A program made the position numbers and the translations under genes. A model generated the notes under the pieces. That model was not told where the DNA came from and did not search any database. It was given only the letters and a program-made list of their open reading frames with translations. This document shows, piece by piece, positions 1-15,276 of a stretch of DNA of 64,000 nt (within the stretch, counting starts at the first letter, position 1; every line of letters begins with the position of its first letter). The DNA lies in assembly GCA_951406725.2 (NCBI GenBank), contig OX597821.1, forward strand, positions 87,916,001 to 87,980,000, given 5' to 3'. This stretch comes from Octopus vulgaris. Taxonomy: Eukaryota.

Positions 1-319
1 CCTGGAGGAGATGTGTTCCTGTGGCTATAAACTTCAGTAGCATCGTTCTTTACGGATCAGCCACATTCAGGTGGCAAATATACTTCACGATGTCGTGCTG
101 CTGCAGTTTATATCTCGCCCAGAGAATATATATATATATATAAATAAATATAGATGTATGTATGCTTGTATATGTGTGTGTGTATGTAAGTATATACATA
201 TATTTTTTTATATACGTAAATTATTATGTATATATATATATATAGGTATATACTATGTATATATATTTATATATATATATATATATATATATACATGCAC
301 ATACATACATCTATCTGTA

Positions 320-371
<52 letters not shown>

Positions 372-1409
372 AATCGATCGATCTCTATCTATCTGGCTAT
401 CTATAACATACGCATTCTTTTGTAGATGTAATTTGTAAAGAATAACATTATCTGAAGGTCTCAGTATATGAGTGTGTATATATATATATGTATATATATA
501 TATGCATACACACACATACAATCACACGCACACATACAGGGATATATATATAGAGAGAGAGAGAGAGGAAAAAAGAGAGATAAAGAGACAGAGAGAGATA
601 AAGGGATAAAGAGAGATAAAAATAGAGGTATATATATATAAAGTGAGAGAGATAGTGAGAGAGAACTCTTTGTATGTATATGAAGATTTCATTAATTGAC
701 TTTAGAAACACCTTTGTATATGCGTACATGTGCGTGTATTAACTCTAAATTGAAGCAAATGCTTGGAGAACTACTTAGATATTCGATCATATAAATATAC
801 AACATTTCTATACATTTAGGATTCCCAGACATGTGTCAAAACAATATGCATACAGGTAATTTACAATTGTTAGTGAAGATAATTTGATATGCGTTAAACC
901 ATTGGAATTATCTAATTATATTTCTAACTAAGAAAACGTATAATGTCTAATTAAGAGAAACCGTGTGAAAGAGAATACATTGCAATGCAAATTAAAATAT
1001 AAATTATATTTTAAAATTAGAATACATTAGAATAAAAGAAACAAAACAGAAAATGCATTAGAATCAAGTAAATAAAATATAAAAGACAGACTTGTCTTTC
1101 GAAAGAGGCCGAAAAACAAATTATGATGAAGTTATCTTCTGTTAGGAAACCCTAACGAATCTTAAATTTACCCATTTGTTTAAAAGTATATAACAAATTG
1201 CGAGTTTGATAATGAAACGAATATAATTGTCTACGATTAGACAATTAGGAATTAAATGAGGTTATTAGAATGTGGAAGTGAATGAGAATCAAAATTTTGA
1301 GTTACATAGTTATAATTTTGCAGTTTCTATGATATATCACTACTGAAGAAGGGAAGCAGTATCTAAACGAGCTGTTGCTATTTGGACTGTTTATTATAGT
1401 GAGTAAAAC

Positions 1410-1720
1410 TGTTTTGTTGTTTGTTCCTTGTCGAGTCACACCTGGCTCATAAGGGCCGGTTTCCCGGTTTCCTTGGCTTATAGGTTCCCCACCTGGACGG
1501 GACGCCGGTCTGTCGCAGGTGAGCTGTAAGATGCAGGAGCAAAGAGTGAGAGAAAGTTGCGGCGAAAGAGTCAGCAGAAGTTTGCCATTACCTTCTGCCA
1601 GAGCCGTGTGGAGCTTAGGTGTTTCGCTCATAAACACACACATCGCCCGGTCTGAGATTCGAACCTGCGATTCCTCGACCGCAAGTCCGCTGCTCTAACC
1701 ACTAGGCCATGTGCTTCCAC
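1410..1720 (-). mobile_element. tRNA-derived SINE, family A head with tail type 1
   Basis: Minus strand begins GTGGAAGCACATGGCCTAGTGGTTAGAGCAGCGGACTTGCGG...GGTTCGAATCTC (Pol III A and B boxes); head homologous to the copies at 33747, 53538 and 59260. Confidence 0.85.
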
Positions 1721-1946
1721 TTCTCAAAATGTACTTCACGTTAAAAAGGTTTTCCATACGGGTAAAGATTACTGCTTATAAAGCATAGAGATGTACTGAT
1801 TTAATGATTCAGACGAACAGAGCACGTACGAAATATTAAAAAATAAAACTGGGAACGATTTGTTTGATTAAACCCTGCAGAGATGTGCGCCAAGATATCC
1901 GCTGTCGAATGACAAGAACAAGTAAAAGATAAACGAAAAGATAGTA

Positions 1947-2034
<88 letters not shown>

Positions 2035-2218
2035 CGTGTGTGTGTGTGTGTGTGAAATTTTCCTTATATGGAAATAGAATCGGTCTGAAATGCTTTAGTT
2101 TACCATTTTTTGTATTAACAAGTTGAATCAAATTGTAATTGTCGTATACGTAGCTGGAGGTTTGAGTGAATAAATGTTAGGTTCTGATGTATACAACAGA
2201 CAAGGTTTTCATTATTAA

Positions 2219-2585
2219 CAAGCAGTATCGTCCGGCGTTGCTCGGGTTTGTAAGGGAAATAACTATATAAGCATTTTTAGAGATGTAAAGTATAATAGCC
2301 ATCTCAATATGGCTAACCACAAAAGGGGGGTGTTACTGTAGCTTTTTACGATCTGAGATTTAATAATACATTTTTAGAGAGTAACTTCCCTTATATAATA
2401 GCAAAAAAATGCATTAAAAATGGGAAAAAATGATGGTAAATTTTTTTTTAAATCATAGACTCATCGTAGACGCGCACTAATACCCAGAAGGGCTCGATAT
2501 GAATCACGACTATAAGATACCCGGTTTTGGTTACACTGCACCGCAAAATGTGGGAGTAGTTAAACTTTAGTTTTATATATAAAGA
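2219..2585 (-). mobile_element. Non-autonomous Helitron
   Basis: Minus strand: 5' TC(TTTATATATAAAA), subterminal hairpin CCCGAGCAACGCCGGA, 3' end CTTG (degenerate CTAG), inserted between A and T; about 65 bp of the 3' end is shared with 44166-44541. Confidence 0.75.
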
Positions 2586-3499
2586 TGTTGGTTTCTGAAA
2601 TATAACACTATGGCGATATGCCAGCGCTTTTGCTTTGACTTTAAGAAGTGTGTATATTGGTAAACGGTTTTAACAAATTGGCCATTAATCCTATATTTAA
2701 ATTGATATTCAAATTCATTTTTAATTACGGTAGATTAGAATGCGGTTTCGGCTTTCGTTTGTGCAAAATAATGAGTAAATGAAATTTTATTATTCTTATT
2801 TAGAAGTCTGTGGTAATTGCGTTTCGAAGAGTAATGTTATTTAGGACGTTTATAAAAATTTAACTACTAGTGCTGACACCCTTAAATTAAACTACTGATT
2901 ATACCAGATAGCATTTCTCTTTCTACGTTTAAAGAAAATCAAATCTATGCTAGATATACCTTACGCTTTCTCTGCATCTGAAGTACTTCTTTCATACAGT
3001 GAGATGTAATCTGGAAAAAAAAACGGTTAATTAGAAAACCTATTTAGGTGGCTAAGCTTTAGTACTTGTATTGAAATCATTTAAACGGCATAATATATTT
3101 TTTAAACAAAATGATTGAATTAATAAGGCACCGAAGTTAAATTTATCTTTTAATCTGATAAAAAGAATTTTTGTTTAGACTAAATTTATAGTTGCCAGGT
3201 TTTAAGTTTTGATATGGCTTCTGAGAACTTGCTCTAACTTAGAATTAATCTAAACCAATGGTTCTCAACCATTTTATTTTTATCCATGGACCTCTTTTAT
3301 TACAACTTTATTCTCGTGGACCATCAAAACCATTCGTTATTTAAAATCTAGTTTTCTAGATACATCTTTCAAAATTTCTATTTCGTTTTTCACACATTTA
3401 TTTGTGTAACTATGCATTGTTTCAGTGACTGGATGCATGTTAAACTATGTACAACATCGATGAAAGAAACGTAACTGTTTCTCGCAAAACATACATTTT

Positions 3500-3891
3500 T
3501 CCTTTCTTTTACTTGTTTCAGTCATTTGACTGCGTCCATGCTGGACCACCGCTTTTAGCCGAGAAAATCGACCTCATGACTTATTCTTTCTAAGCATAGT
3601 ACTTATTCTATCGGTCTCTTTTGTTGAACCGCTAAGTTACGGGGGCGTAAACACACCAGAATCGGTTGTCAAGCGATGTTGGAGGGACAAGCACATACAC
3701 ACAAACATATACACTCACATACATATATACATATATACAACAGGCTCCTTTCAGTTTCCGTCTACCAAATCCACTCAGAGGGCTTTGGTCGGCCGAGGCT
3801 ATAGTAAAAGACACTTGCCCAAGCTGTCACGCAGTGGGAATGAACCCGGAACCATGTGGTTGGTAAGCAAACTACTTACCACACAGCCACT
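3500..3891 (-). mobile_element. tRNA-derived SINE family B (CORE-like segment, internal microsatellite)
   Basis: Matches many other copies in the window (head GTGGCTGTGTGGTAAG, tail CAGTCAAATGACTGAAACAAGTAAAAG). Confidence 0.9.
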
Positions 3892-3932
3892 TTTACTCCT
3901 GGAGTAAAATTTTTTCACAAATCTCTAAAATA

Positions 3933-4278
3933 CTGTACTTCTATATTTAAGAGAAGAGGAACTATATACATTATTTACATTATTTACATTATTTACATTT
4001 GACGGATATTTGTCCTCATCTTGTTTGTTGTTAACACGTTTCGGCTGATATACCCTCCAGCCTTCATCAGGTGTCTTGGGGAAATTTCGAACCTGGGTTC
4101 TCATTCCTAAGGTATTTTTCGGTCTTATTATTATTATTATTATCATTATTATTATTATTATTATTACTATTACTATTATTATTACTATTATTCAGGTCAC
4201 TGCCTGGAATCGAACTCGGAATCTTGGGGTTAGTATCCCGTGCTCTTAATCATTACGCCATATGCTCTCGGGGATATG
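3933..4278 (-). mobile_element. SINE family D (tRNA head, (AAT)n, hammerhead-like tail)
   Basis: Homologous to 36300-37224; A/B boxes in the head; CTGATGA-AGGCTG...CAGCC-GAAAC in the tail (3-nt deletion after GAAAC relative to the other copy). Confidence 0.85.
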
Positions 4279-4280
4279 CT

Positions 4281-4510
4281 CTCTTTTTTACTCTTTTACT
4301 TGTTTCATTTGATTGTGGCTATGTTGGAGCACCGCCATTTAGTCGAGCAAATTGACCCCAGGACTTATTCTTTATAAGCCTAGTACTTATTCCATCGTTC
4401 AATTTTGCCGAACCGCTAAGTTACGGGGACGTAAACACACCAACATCGGTTGTCAAGCAATGTTGGAGGGACAAACACAGACACACAAACATATACACAC
4501 ACACACATAT
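4281..4510 (-). mobile_element. SINE family B, 3' half
   Basis: Tail and body match family B copies. Confidence 0.85.
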
Positions 4511-4773
4511 ATACCATTCAACACATCTATGTGATTATACCACATATCTTCCATAAGCATTATCTTAAACAAAATTCTGAGGTGACCGTCACTATCGGAT
4601 CTTTTATTGATAATTTAAATCTCTTCATTATACCAATCTCTCCAATCTTATGTATGTGTGCAGTAAGTTTGGGAATCTTTTATTGGCAAGAATTCCAAAT
4701 TACTGCCATCTTTTACACTGCGCATGCGCACACACACTTGTATATATGTATATACTTATACGCAAATATGTGT

Positions 4774-4980
4774 GTATATGTGTGTGTTTAACTTTAGGTT
4801 TGTCCCCCCTTGCTGTTTGACAACCGGTGTTGGTGTGTTTACATCCCTGTGACTCGGTAGTCTCGCAAAGATACCAATAGAATAAGTACCAGGTTTTAGA
4901 ATAAAAAGATGGGCCAAACTTCTTCCTGGTGATGCCTCAGCATGGCCGTAGTCTAATGGCAGAAACAAATTAAAGATAAC
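4774..4980 (+). mobile_element. SINE family B, degenerate 3' half
   Basis: TTGACAACCGGTGTTGGTGTGTTTAC...CAGCATGGCCGTAGTCTAATG resembles the family B tail. Confidence 0.7.
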
Positions 4981-4999
4981 TGATACACACACACTCATA

Positions 5000-5042
<43 letters not shown>

Positions 5043-5644
5043 GCATATAGACACACACACACAAACACATACACATACACGCACACTCTAAGGCAATTAT
5101 CTATGACCTCCCTTGCCGCAGGCTGTATGCTGGGATGCATTCACATCATTAGCAATACGTGAAGAAGACCTGTAACTGTTGCACTCAGAGTTCACATAAA
5201 GTCACCATAAGTCACTGAGATCACATCAGTCACCCTTACTTCAATGAATAATGAATGATATTCAGACTATATTCACGCTACAACATGCGACTCTTTATTG
5301 CATACCAGAATATCGCCCTTAGCAAGACTGCAGCATGGCGTGGCTGGTAACGTGGCTATGTGAATCGTGATTACACGTTCGGTTGACTAGCTGTGTGTTA
5401 TGAACATGGTGAATTAACGCTGTGCTGTGGATGGATACCTTTGCACTATAAGACTACAGGATCGCAACTGATCTGTGATTTGTTAACCACAAGGTATTTT
5501 GTCAATTACTTTAGAAATTATGTCACTGCATAGCCTCCCTTCTCCTCTCACTTCTCCTCATTGCTTTCCTTCTACTCTTATACCCCCTCTTCCTCTACGC
5601 CTTATACCTCTTCTTCCTTCACCACTTTCTATCGCCAACACCAT

Positions 5645-5678
<34 letters not shown>

Positions 5679-8277
5679 GCAACTACTGCTGCTGCTGCTG
5701 TTACTGCTGCTGCTGCTGCCACCATCAGCACTGCTATCGGCTGAGCATGCAAGATAATGTAATATTTTCTTCATGTTTAATATTAGAAAATTTTTTTGGC
5801 GTATGAAGATGAACATTACCATGATAAGAACCGTAAAATCATAACAACAAAATAGCATAAGACCTCCCTCCCTCCCTCCTTCCTTCCTACCCCTCTCTCT
5901 GTGTCTATCTATCTATCTATCTATCTATCTCTCCTGGTCTCTCGATCAATTCTATCCTCTTCTTAAACTCCCGTTTTCTTCCTCATCCCTTCTATTTAAG
6001 CACCTAGGCTGTCTGCGTTGACATGTTAAGTATGTCAGTTATCACATACTCATCTATACATCACCATTTTTGCTCACCCGCTATCAGCCTCTGTCACGGT
6101 AAGTGAAGATCTGATGCTTAAATATAAAAAGGTTGTATTCGCCACACACACACCACCCATTTCTACATATATATAACGCATCATGCACACAAACTTCATG
6201 ATTCATACACACCGTAAACCCATATGCTTATATTATATATGCATATATTCATGAATTTCAGGGCGTTCATCGATATTCATAGGCACACATCTCTTCCGTG
6301 CACACATGCTAACTATGTATGCATGTATGTATGGATATATGTATGTATATGACATATATACATACATACATACACACAAACACACACACACCCACACACC
6401 CACAAACACACACACACACGCACAAAAACACACACACACGCATATATATATGCCCGCGCGTGTGTATAACATACACGCAAACATAAATGCATATAAATGC
6501 ATATTATGCGTATATATATATATGTATGTATATACACATTTGTGTGTGTATGTGTGCGTGCGTAAGTGCGTGCATATGTTTGAATATATCAGTACCCTAG
6601 CATGGCTGCAGTCCAATGAATGAAACCTGAAAGGAGTAAAAGCGTTCTCGTTTGTATATGTTTATACGTATATAAATATATATGCGTGTATGTGTGTGTA
6701 TGGGTGTGTATGTGTATACACGCAACCACGCACGCACACACAAATTCCCATTTGCACATTTACACATTAATATATACACACGCATAATGAGCTTATAAAT
6801 TAACATATCACTGCTTTTAGTTTCGTGACAGTGAAAAACCCACTGATAGAAGTCTAGTGACCGTCGACATTTCCCATTGAGCCTCAAGTAATCCCGTTTG
6901 CTTGTTCTTATATGGCTAGCCCATCATCTCTGTGTAATCCGATATTTCATGTAGTAAATTACTTACATTGTGTATCTTGTAATATATAGAGGCTAATAAA
7001 TGCACGAATATGTGCGCTATTGAACGATCAAATACTGATACAGACTTGATCTGTTAATTCTTGCTTTTGGATCTCGGCCAAATCTTTGATGAAACCACAC
7101 TGTTTGGCATGTGCTCATTTGTATAAATATTATTCATGCCTTTAAGAATTTGTAGGGTATTCAGTTATAGGGAGGCCGGACGCCTTCCTAGTCAAGATAG
7201 TCTACTGGAGCTTGGTTGCCTTCCTAATGTTATTGATTTTCTGAAGGAATTCTTGTCATTCAATCCTGTTTCAGTTTTTGCGAGATTCGATGCGGAATTC
7301 TCTCTGTGGCTTCATCGTAATATGCGGGCATGTTCACCTAACCTAATGCTTAATTTCTTCTTTGGACTATTTTTTGGCTTCGAGGATTATCTCATCGAAA
7401 ATATTTGCGATAGTCTTTTAGTAACATTATCTAATAAATTTTACTTCGAAAGAAAATATTTAAAGAAATTTTTAAGGTATTTAATAGCAATGTTAATTTA
7501 AAAGATGTTAGTGTATTTCCAGCTGTGTGTTCGATATCATATCAAAGAATTTGAACTCATTAATCATTGACGTTTCTGTTTTTATACCATTTTGGTCTGA
7601 AGTAGTTTTAGTGGTAATAACACCACAGAGTAAAGCTAACCAGAGCTTGCAGTTAACTTACACATACTTCTATAAAAATCTTCATATAGTATTTATTAGC
7701 TAGAGTGTGGATATTCATTGTATCATGCGCTGAGTCGTTATAGTTCCATATATAGTGTTAAATTCTTGGTCAGAAATAAGATTTAGTATGCTGTAAAAAT
7801 AAACCAGTGATCTTATGAGGCTGGAACGTTATGTGCAAATAAACCTACATGAATAAAACTAGAATATTCTACACGTATACAAATATAATATACACTGCCT
7901 TCATAGAAAGTCTTTGGTGTTATATGAAGATTCTTTGGATATTTTTACTGTGTTGGGGCACTGTTAGTAAACATATATTAAATTATACACGAGCCGACCG
8001 ACATCGAAACTGAGAATGGCTTGGTATTATGCAACATGCTGTTGGTAATTGTTTTAAGTGATTCTGTTGTCAAGTGACATAAAAACTCTTACATTTCTCG
8101 CGCTCTTTGGCTCAACTTCACATCAAAGGAGAATGAGTTGTACCAACACCTCGGCTGAAACTCATTTTCAACTGACCTAAGTCCGTAAGAGTATGAAATG
8201 CTTCGCTCATAGATACAACACTCAGACTGGTTCAGGAATTAGACTCACTATATGGTCGTGAATCGAAGTATTTAATC

Positions 8278-9626
<1,349 letters not shown>

Positions 9627-9816
9627 TATATGTGTGCGTGTGTGTGTTTGTGTGTCTGTGTTTGCACTCCCAACAACGTTTAACAACTAAGTGTGTTTAC
9701 GTCCCCGTAACTTAACGATTCAGAGAAAGGGAAGTAAACATATCGCACCAGTTATCAACCGGTGGTGAGGGACAGAGATACAAAGAAAAGCACACACACA
9801 CATAGTGTACCCTGAC

Positions 9817-9857
<41 letters not shown>

Positions 9858-9909
9858 GTATGTATGTATGTATATATGTGTGTTTGTATGTATGTATGTA
9901 TGTATCTAT

Positions 9910-10060
9910 ACGACCAGCTTGTTTCAGTTTGAGCCTACCAAATCCGCTGACAAGGCTTTGGTCGGCCCGAGGTATAGCATAAGACGCTTGCCTAAGTTGC
10001 CAGGCACTGGGACCGAACTCGAAACCATGTTATTCTTAAAACATAGCTACGCCAGTGCCT
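9910..10060 (-). mobile_element. SINE family B, degenerate head
   Basis: CCAAATCCGCTGACAAGGCTTTGGTCGGCCCGAGG matches family B. Confidence 0.7.
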
Positions 10061-10230
10061 ATGTGAATGTGCTTGTGTGTGTGTATGCATATATATTTGT
10101 ATGTATGTATGTACGTATAATTCTTTCTACTCAAAATATGATATAGACCCTTAGGAGAGACTACCAGCAGCATAAAACCAACTATGCAAACATTACTAAG
10201 AACTCATACATGCTTATATCATAATATGTA

Positions 10231-10237
<7 letters not shown>

Positions 10238-10285
<48 letters not shown>

Positions 10286-10386
10286 ATATGTATATATGTA
10301 TATATATAAAAATATATATATGTATATATATATATATATATAAATATATATTTACTCTAAAAGAGTAAAAGATATATATATGTATA

Positions 10387-10459
<73 letters not shown>

Positions 10460-10546
10460 ATATATATATATGTATATATATATATGTGTATATATATATA
10501 TGTATATATATATATGTATATATATATGTATATATATATATATGTG

Positions 10547-10595
<49 letters not shown>

Positions 10596-10596
10596 G

Positions 10597-10664
<68 letters not shown>
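10238..10664. repeat. Interrupted (TA)n/(TATG)n tract
   Basis: About 430 bp of TA with TG interruptions. Confidence 0.95.
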
Positions 10665-10668
<4 letters not shown>

Positions 10669-11069
10669 TCCATAAAACAATAAATTCCATTTTCTTATCA
10701 GTATAAAGGAAAACCTAGAAGTGATGAAGCAGCAGTTTTTCTGTAGCTCTGAGATTTTCTTCTTATACACTTTCTAACATTTTTTTCCATTAAAAAAAAA
10801 TAATGTTATTTTAACACTGTCTTTAAAATATATTTGCCAGTTTTAATTTTTTTACTTCGTTCTGTTGGCCTTCGTAAACGAATTTTCCTCTAACACCTTA
10901 CACGCCTTTTTATGTTTGTTTTTTTTTTCTTTCCATTCTTTATGATTTTGTTTTGTTAATTTTGTTTTATCTTTTACGCCATCTTCATCTTTCTCGCTAT
11001 ATACTTTCTATTTCTTAATTTTCCTTTCGTCTATGTATGTATGTATGTATGTATGTATTTCCTTCGTTC

Positions 11070-11110
<41 letters not shown>

Positions 11111-11125
11111 GTCTCTCTCTCTCTG

Positions 11126-11165
<40 letters not shown>

Positions 11166-12314
11166 TTTCTCTCTTTAGCTGTCTTTCTTCTTTGCTACTG
11201 CTACGCCCTTTGTTTTTCTTTTCTTCTATTTCCGATTTAAAAATTTGTCCTTGCTGACTACTCTGACGTTCATTCTTTTTCTTTCTTTCTTTCCTTTTTT
11301 TGTCTCTCCTTTTTTTTGTTTTTTTATACAATCAACTTTATTTCTTCTCACTCCGCTTTAAACATCATTCGTTTATCCTTTTTATTTACCTTGTTTCTTT
11401 CTTTCTCATTCTCTCCCTTCCGTCTCTCTCTTTTGCGCAAACTCTTCCTCTCTTCTCTTTCCCAGTTATTTAAAAAAAAATTCTTTCCTCCTTTCTTTCT
11501 TCGTTGCTAATGCTAGTCTCTCGTTTATTCTTTTCCCAATTTTTATAATTTCCCCGACTATCTGCTTTTTTTTCCCCTACTTTTTTCCATTTCTTTTTTG
11601 TAATTTCTTCATTTCTTTTTACAATTTACTCCATTCTTTTCCACTCCGCCTCGCATTTAATTCCATCCCTCCCTCCATCGATCCCTTCTTTCTTTCTCCT
11701 CACACCCTTCTTTTACATTGACGTTTCCCCATCTTTCCTTCTCCCCATCCTTATTTATATAGTATTACTCGCCTCGTCACAGCCCCCTTTTTTTTAGTAT
11801 TTCATTTTTAAAGAATTAACTTCATCAATTCAGCGCTTACTCATTTTCCCCTGTCAGCCGATCAATGTGTCACCCTATCTCTCTTCCTTTCCTTTTTTTC
11901 TTCTATTCATGTGACTTTTTTTTTTTTTTTTTTGTTACAGTCCCCTATTTTTTCTTTCTCTTTCTCATGTAATATTCAGTTGTCTTCCGTTTACCTCTTT
12001 CCATTTCAATGCTGCATTACTTTTTTCAAATTTCCCTTAATTTTTTCTTCATTTCCTTCTATCCCTTTTTTTTTCTACCATAATCCCATTTACGTCTAGG
12101 ATACTTTATAAAAATATTAAACCACCACGTCCCTTTCCACGGTCCTAGAACTTTTAATTTATCCAACCCGGAAGAATGAAAGTCAAAGTTGACCTCTACA
12201 GGATTCTAACACAGAATAAAGGGCTGTGAGCATTTTGTGTGATGCTCTTCTGATATTGTCAACCCGACACCACATTCATCTCTCTATCATTTTCTCTTTC
12301 CATACTTTTATTTT

Positions 12315-12344
12315 TTTCTTTCTTTCTTTCTCTCTTTCTTTCTC

Positions 12345-12379
<35 letters not shown>

Positions 12380-12380
12380 C

Positions 12381-12415
<35 letters not shown>

Positions 12416-12430
12416 CTCTCTCTTTCTTTT

Positions 12431-12467
<37 letters not shown>

Positions 12468-12714
12468 CTCCCTCCTTCTTTCTTTGTTTCTCTCTTTCTT
12501 TGTTTCTTTGTTTCTCTCTTTGTTTCTTTCTTTCTCTCTTTCTTTCTCTCTCTCTCTCTCTTTCTTTATTTCTCTCTCGCTTTCTTTTTTCTTTCTTTCT
12601 TTCTTTCTCGCTCTCTTTCTTTCTCTCTCTCTTTCTTTCTTTCTCTTCTTTCTTTCTTTCTCTCTTTCTTTCTCTCTCTCTCTCTTTCTCTCTTTCTTCC
12701 TCTCTTTCTTTCTT

Positions 12715-12745
<31 letters not shown>

Positions 12746-12770
12746 TTCTCTCTCTCTTTCTTTCTTCGTT
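12315..12770. repeat. (CTTT)n/(CT)n polypyrimidine tract
   Basis: Direct inspection; part of a longer pyrimidine-rich region 11000-12900. Confidence 0.95.
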
Positions 12771-13031
12771 CCTTCCATCCATCCTGCTTGCCTTTATTTC
12801 CAGCCTCTCCTTTCTTCTTATATTTTTCGCGCTCTATACTCCTTTCTTCCTCATCTCCCATGTCCCTTATTCTAAATTTTGTTATCCCTCCCAAGAATAA
12901 TAACAATTTTATCAGTAATATTATTGAACAAAATAAGGCGGCGAGTGTGTGTGAGAGAGAAAGAGATAGATAGATAGATAGAGAGAGAGGGAGAGAGAGA
13001 GAGAAAGAGAGAGAGAGAAAGTGAGAGAGAA

Positions 13032-13103
13032 TGCGTGGCCTAGTGTTTAGGGCGTTGTACTCACGATCGAAAAAACGTGGTTTCGGTTCCCTAACCGGGT
13101 GGT
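13032..13103 (+). mobile_element. Degenerate tRNA-like SINE head
   Basis: TGGCCTAGTGTTTAGGG (A box-like) and GTTTCGGTTCCC (B box-like). Confidence 0.6.
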
Positions 13104-13106
13104 TAG

Positions 13107-13247
13107 AATCGCCGTAGTGGTGGTCGTGGTTAATAGTAGCAGTAGTGCTGTTGTTGTTATTGTTGTTGTTGGTGGTGGTGGCGGTGGTGATGCTGGTGGT
13201 GGTGGTGGTGGTGCTGGTGGTGGTGCTGGTGGTGGTGCTGGTGGTGG

Positions 13248-13278
<31 letters not shown>

Positions 13279-13406
13279 GGTGCTGGTGGTGGCTGCGGCG
13301 GCTGTAGTGCCAGTGATGGTGATGAAGGTAGTAGCATAAGCAGTAGCAGCAGCAGTAGCAGCAGTAGCAGCAAGACCAGCAGGACAAGCAGCACCAGCAG
13401 TCCTGA

Positions 13407-13443
<37 letters not shown>

Positions 13444-13478
13444 TATAGTAGTAGTAGTAGCAGCAGCAGCAGCAGCAG
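13107..13478. repeat. Trinucleotide mosaic (GTT/GGT/AGC/AGT), inverted copy of 16040-16420
   Basis: The reverse complement matches 16040-16420, including non-repetitive interruptions such as ATCAGGACTGCTGGTGCTGCTTGTCCT. Confidence 0.9.
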
Positions 13479-14057
13479 GTTAGTTTTAGATCGAGTTACA
13501 CTGTCTTCTGAGTTACGATCAGCTATTGTCATTCACTGAGCCAGTGGTGTCCCATATTCACTCAACCAGTGACTGTCCAGTTATGAAGGTTTAACCGTCG
13601 ACTCTCTTCAGCAATTGCGATATAAGATAAATAAAAATAAACAACTCCCTTCCGATGTTACACCCGTTATAATTATCCTACTGTCTTGTCAAAAATTTCT
13701 GAATTAATTTGGAAGTGAACATACAACATAAAATCTCGCCGCAAGCTTCTTTGTAAGCCTGTATTCTTCTGTTTGTAAATCTGAGGTCGATCTATCTTCT
13801 GGAAGATATCATTCATTAGTTTTCTTTCTCCGAAAATGTCTGCAGCCGCCATCTTCTTTAATCGGGCGTAAACCTAATTTGTCCTTATCGGCCATCATTT
13901 TATTCACCCCATCTCATTATATGTGTCATCCAACTATCTCTCTCTCAATCTACATGCGTCTCTCCTGCATTGCCGCTTCACACTGTTCATGCCCTTCATA
14001 GTATATGCTAGTATCTATATACGCCCCATCAAATAATGCACACGGAAATATGTGCTC

Positions 14058-14120
<63 letters not shown>

Positions 14121-14126
<6 letters not shown>

Positions 14127-14594
14127 TGAGATAGGGGTTTTAAATGCAACCCTCTATGGGATAACTTATATCCACGCACCCACACCCATGTGGGTATATA
14201 TGTAGACTGAGTTATATTACAGAATCTCCGAAGAGGCCTTATGATATTTTTGTAAATGTCTCATTTATATCTATATATTGACCAACCACAAAGGGCTAAT
14301 ATTGGTAAAATGAGACATACTTATCGACATGGCCGAAACAGCTGTAAGATGTAATCTATACTTATATTTATATTTACTTATATTTATATTCTCTTTTATA
14401 TATATTCTACTTATTATACAACATCACTCTTTTATGTACACTTTTTATGTACATTCCTTTATGTACACTGATTTGTTCTGCTTTTTACATTTAACCCTAC
14501 AGTCTCTTATGTGGTGGTTTAATAAAGTATGTGATTGAGTATTATCTGGTAATTGATATTTGATTTAGATGTATTTCTCCATTTGCTTATCTTG
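14121..14594 (+). mobile_element. Probable Penelope-like pseudo-LTR / non-autonomous element in (TA)n
   Basis: Flanked by TA runs, carries a hammerhead motif and an AT-rich tail with AATAAA. Confidence 0.6.
14224..14350 (+). ncRNA. Type I hammerhead ribozyme-like motif with long stem II
   Basis: ATCT-CCGAAGA-GGCC...GGCC-GAAAC-AGCT-GTA-AGAT: stem I ATCT/AGAT, palindromic AGCT loop on stem III, GUA triplet; core has a U4C change. Confidence 0.65.
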
Positions 14595-14629
<35 letters not shown>

Positions 14630-14640
14630 ATGTGTGTGTG

Positions 14641-14960
14641 TATTTGTCCCCCCCACGATCGCTTGACAACCGATTTTGGCGTGCCCGTAACATAGCGGAT
14701 CGGCAAAAATAATTCCTGGGGCTGATTTGTTCGACTAAAAGGCAGTGCACCAGAATGGCCGCAGCCAAATGACTGAAAAGAATGAAAGACTATATATATA
14801 GGAGTGGCTGTGTGGTAAGTAGCTTGCTTACCAGCCACATGGCTCGGGTTCAGTCCCACTGCGTGGCACCTTGGGCAAGTGTATTCTACTGTAGCCTCGG
14901 GCCGACCAAAGCCTTGTGAGTGGATTTGGTAGACGGAAACTGAAACAAGCCTGTCGTATT

Positions 14961-15000
<40 letters not shown>

Positions 15001-15220
15001 GGTTTATGTATATGTTTGTCTGTGTTTGTCCCCACCTCCAACATCGCTTGGCAACCGATGCTGGAGTGTTTACATCACCATAGCATAGCGGTTCGGCAAA
15101 AGAGACCGATAGAATAAGTACTAGGCTTACCAAGAATAAGTCCTGGGGTCGAGTTGCTCGACTAAAGGCGGTGGTCCAGCATGGCCACAGTCAAATGACT
15201 GAAACAAGTAAAACAGTAAA

Positions 15221-15222
<2 letters not shown>
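14641..15222 (+). mobile_element. Two family B SINEs in tandem (3' half, then full copy from 14801)
   Basis: Family B head at 14801, tails ending near 14790 and 15222. Confidence 0.88.

Positions 15223-15276
<54 letters not shown>

Noticed and set aside
780-3200. Possible very old PLE ORF on plus (HTGNL, KMYF.LK-like fragments)
   Set aside because: Too degenerate to support by eye.
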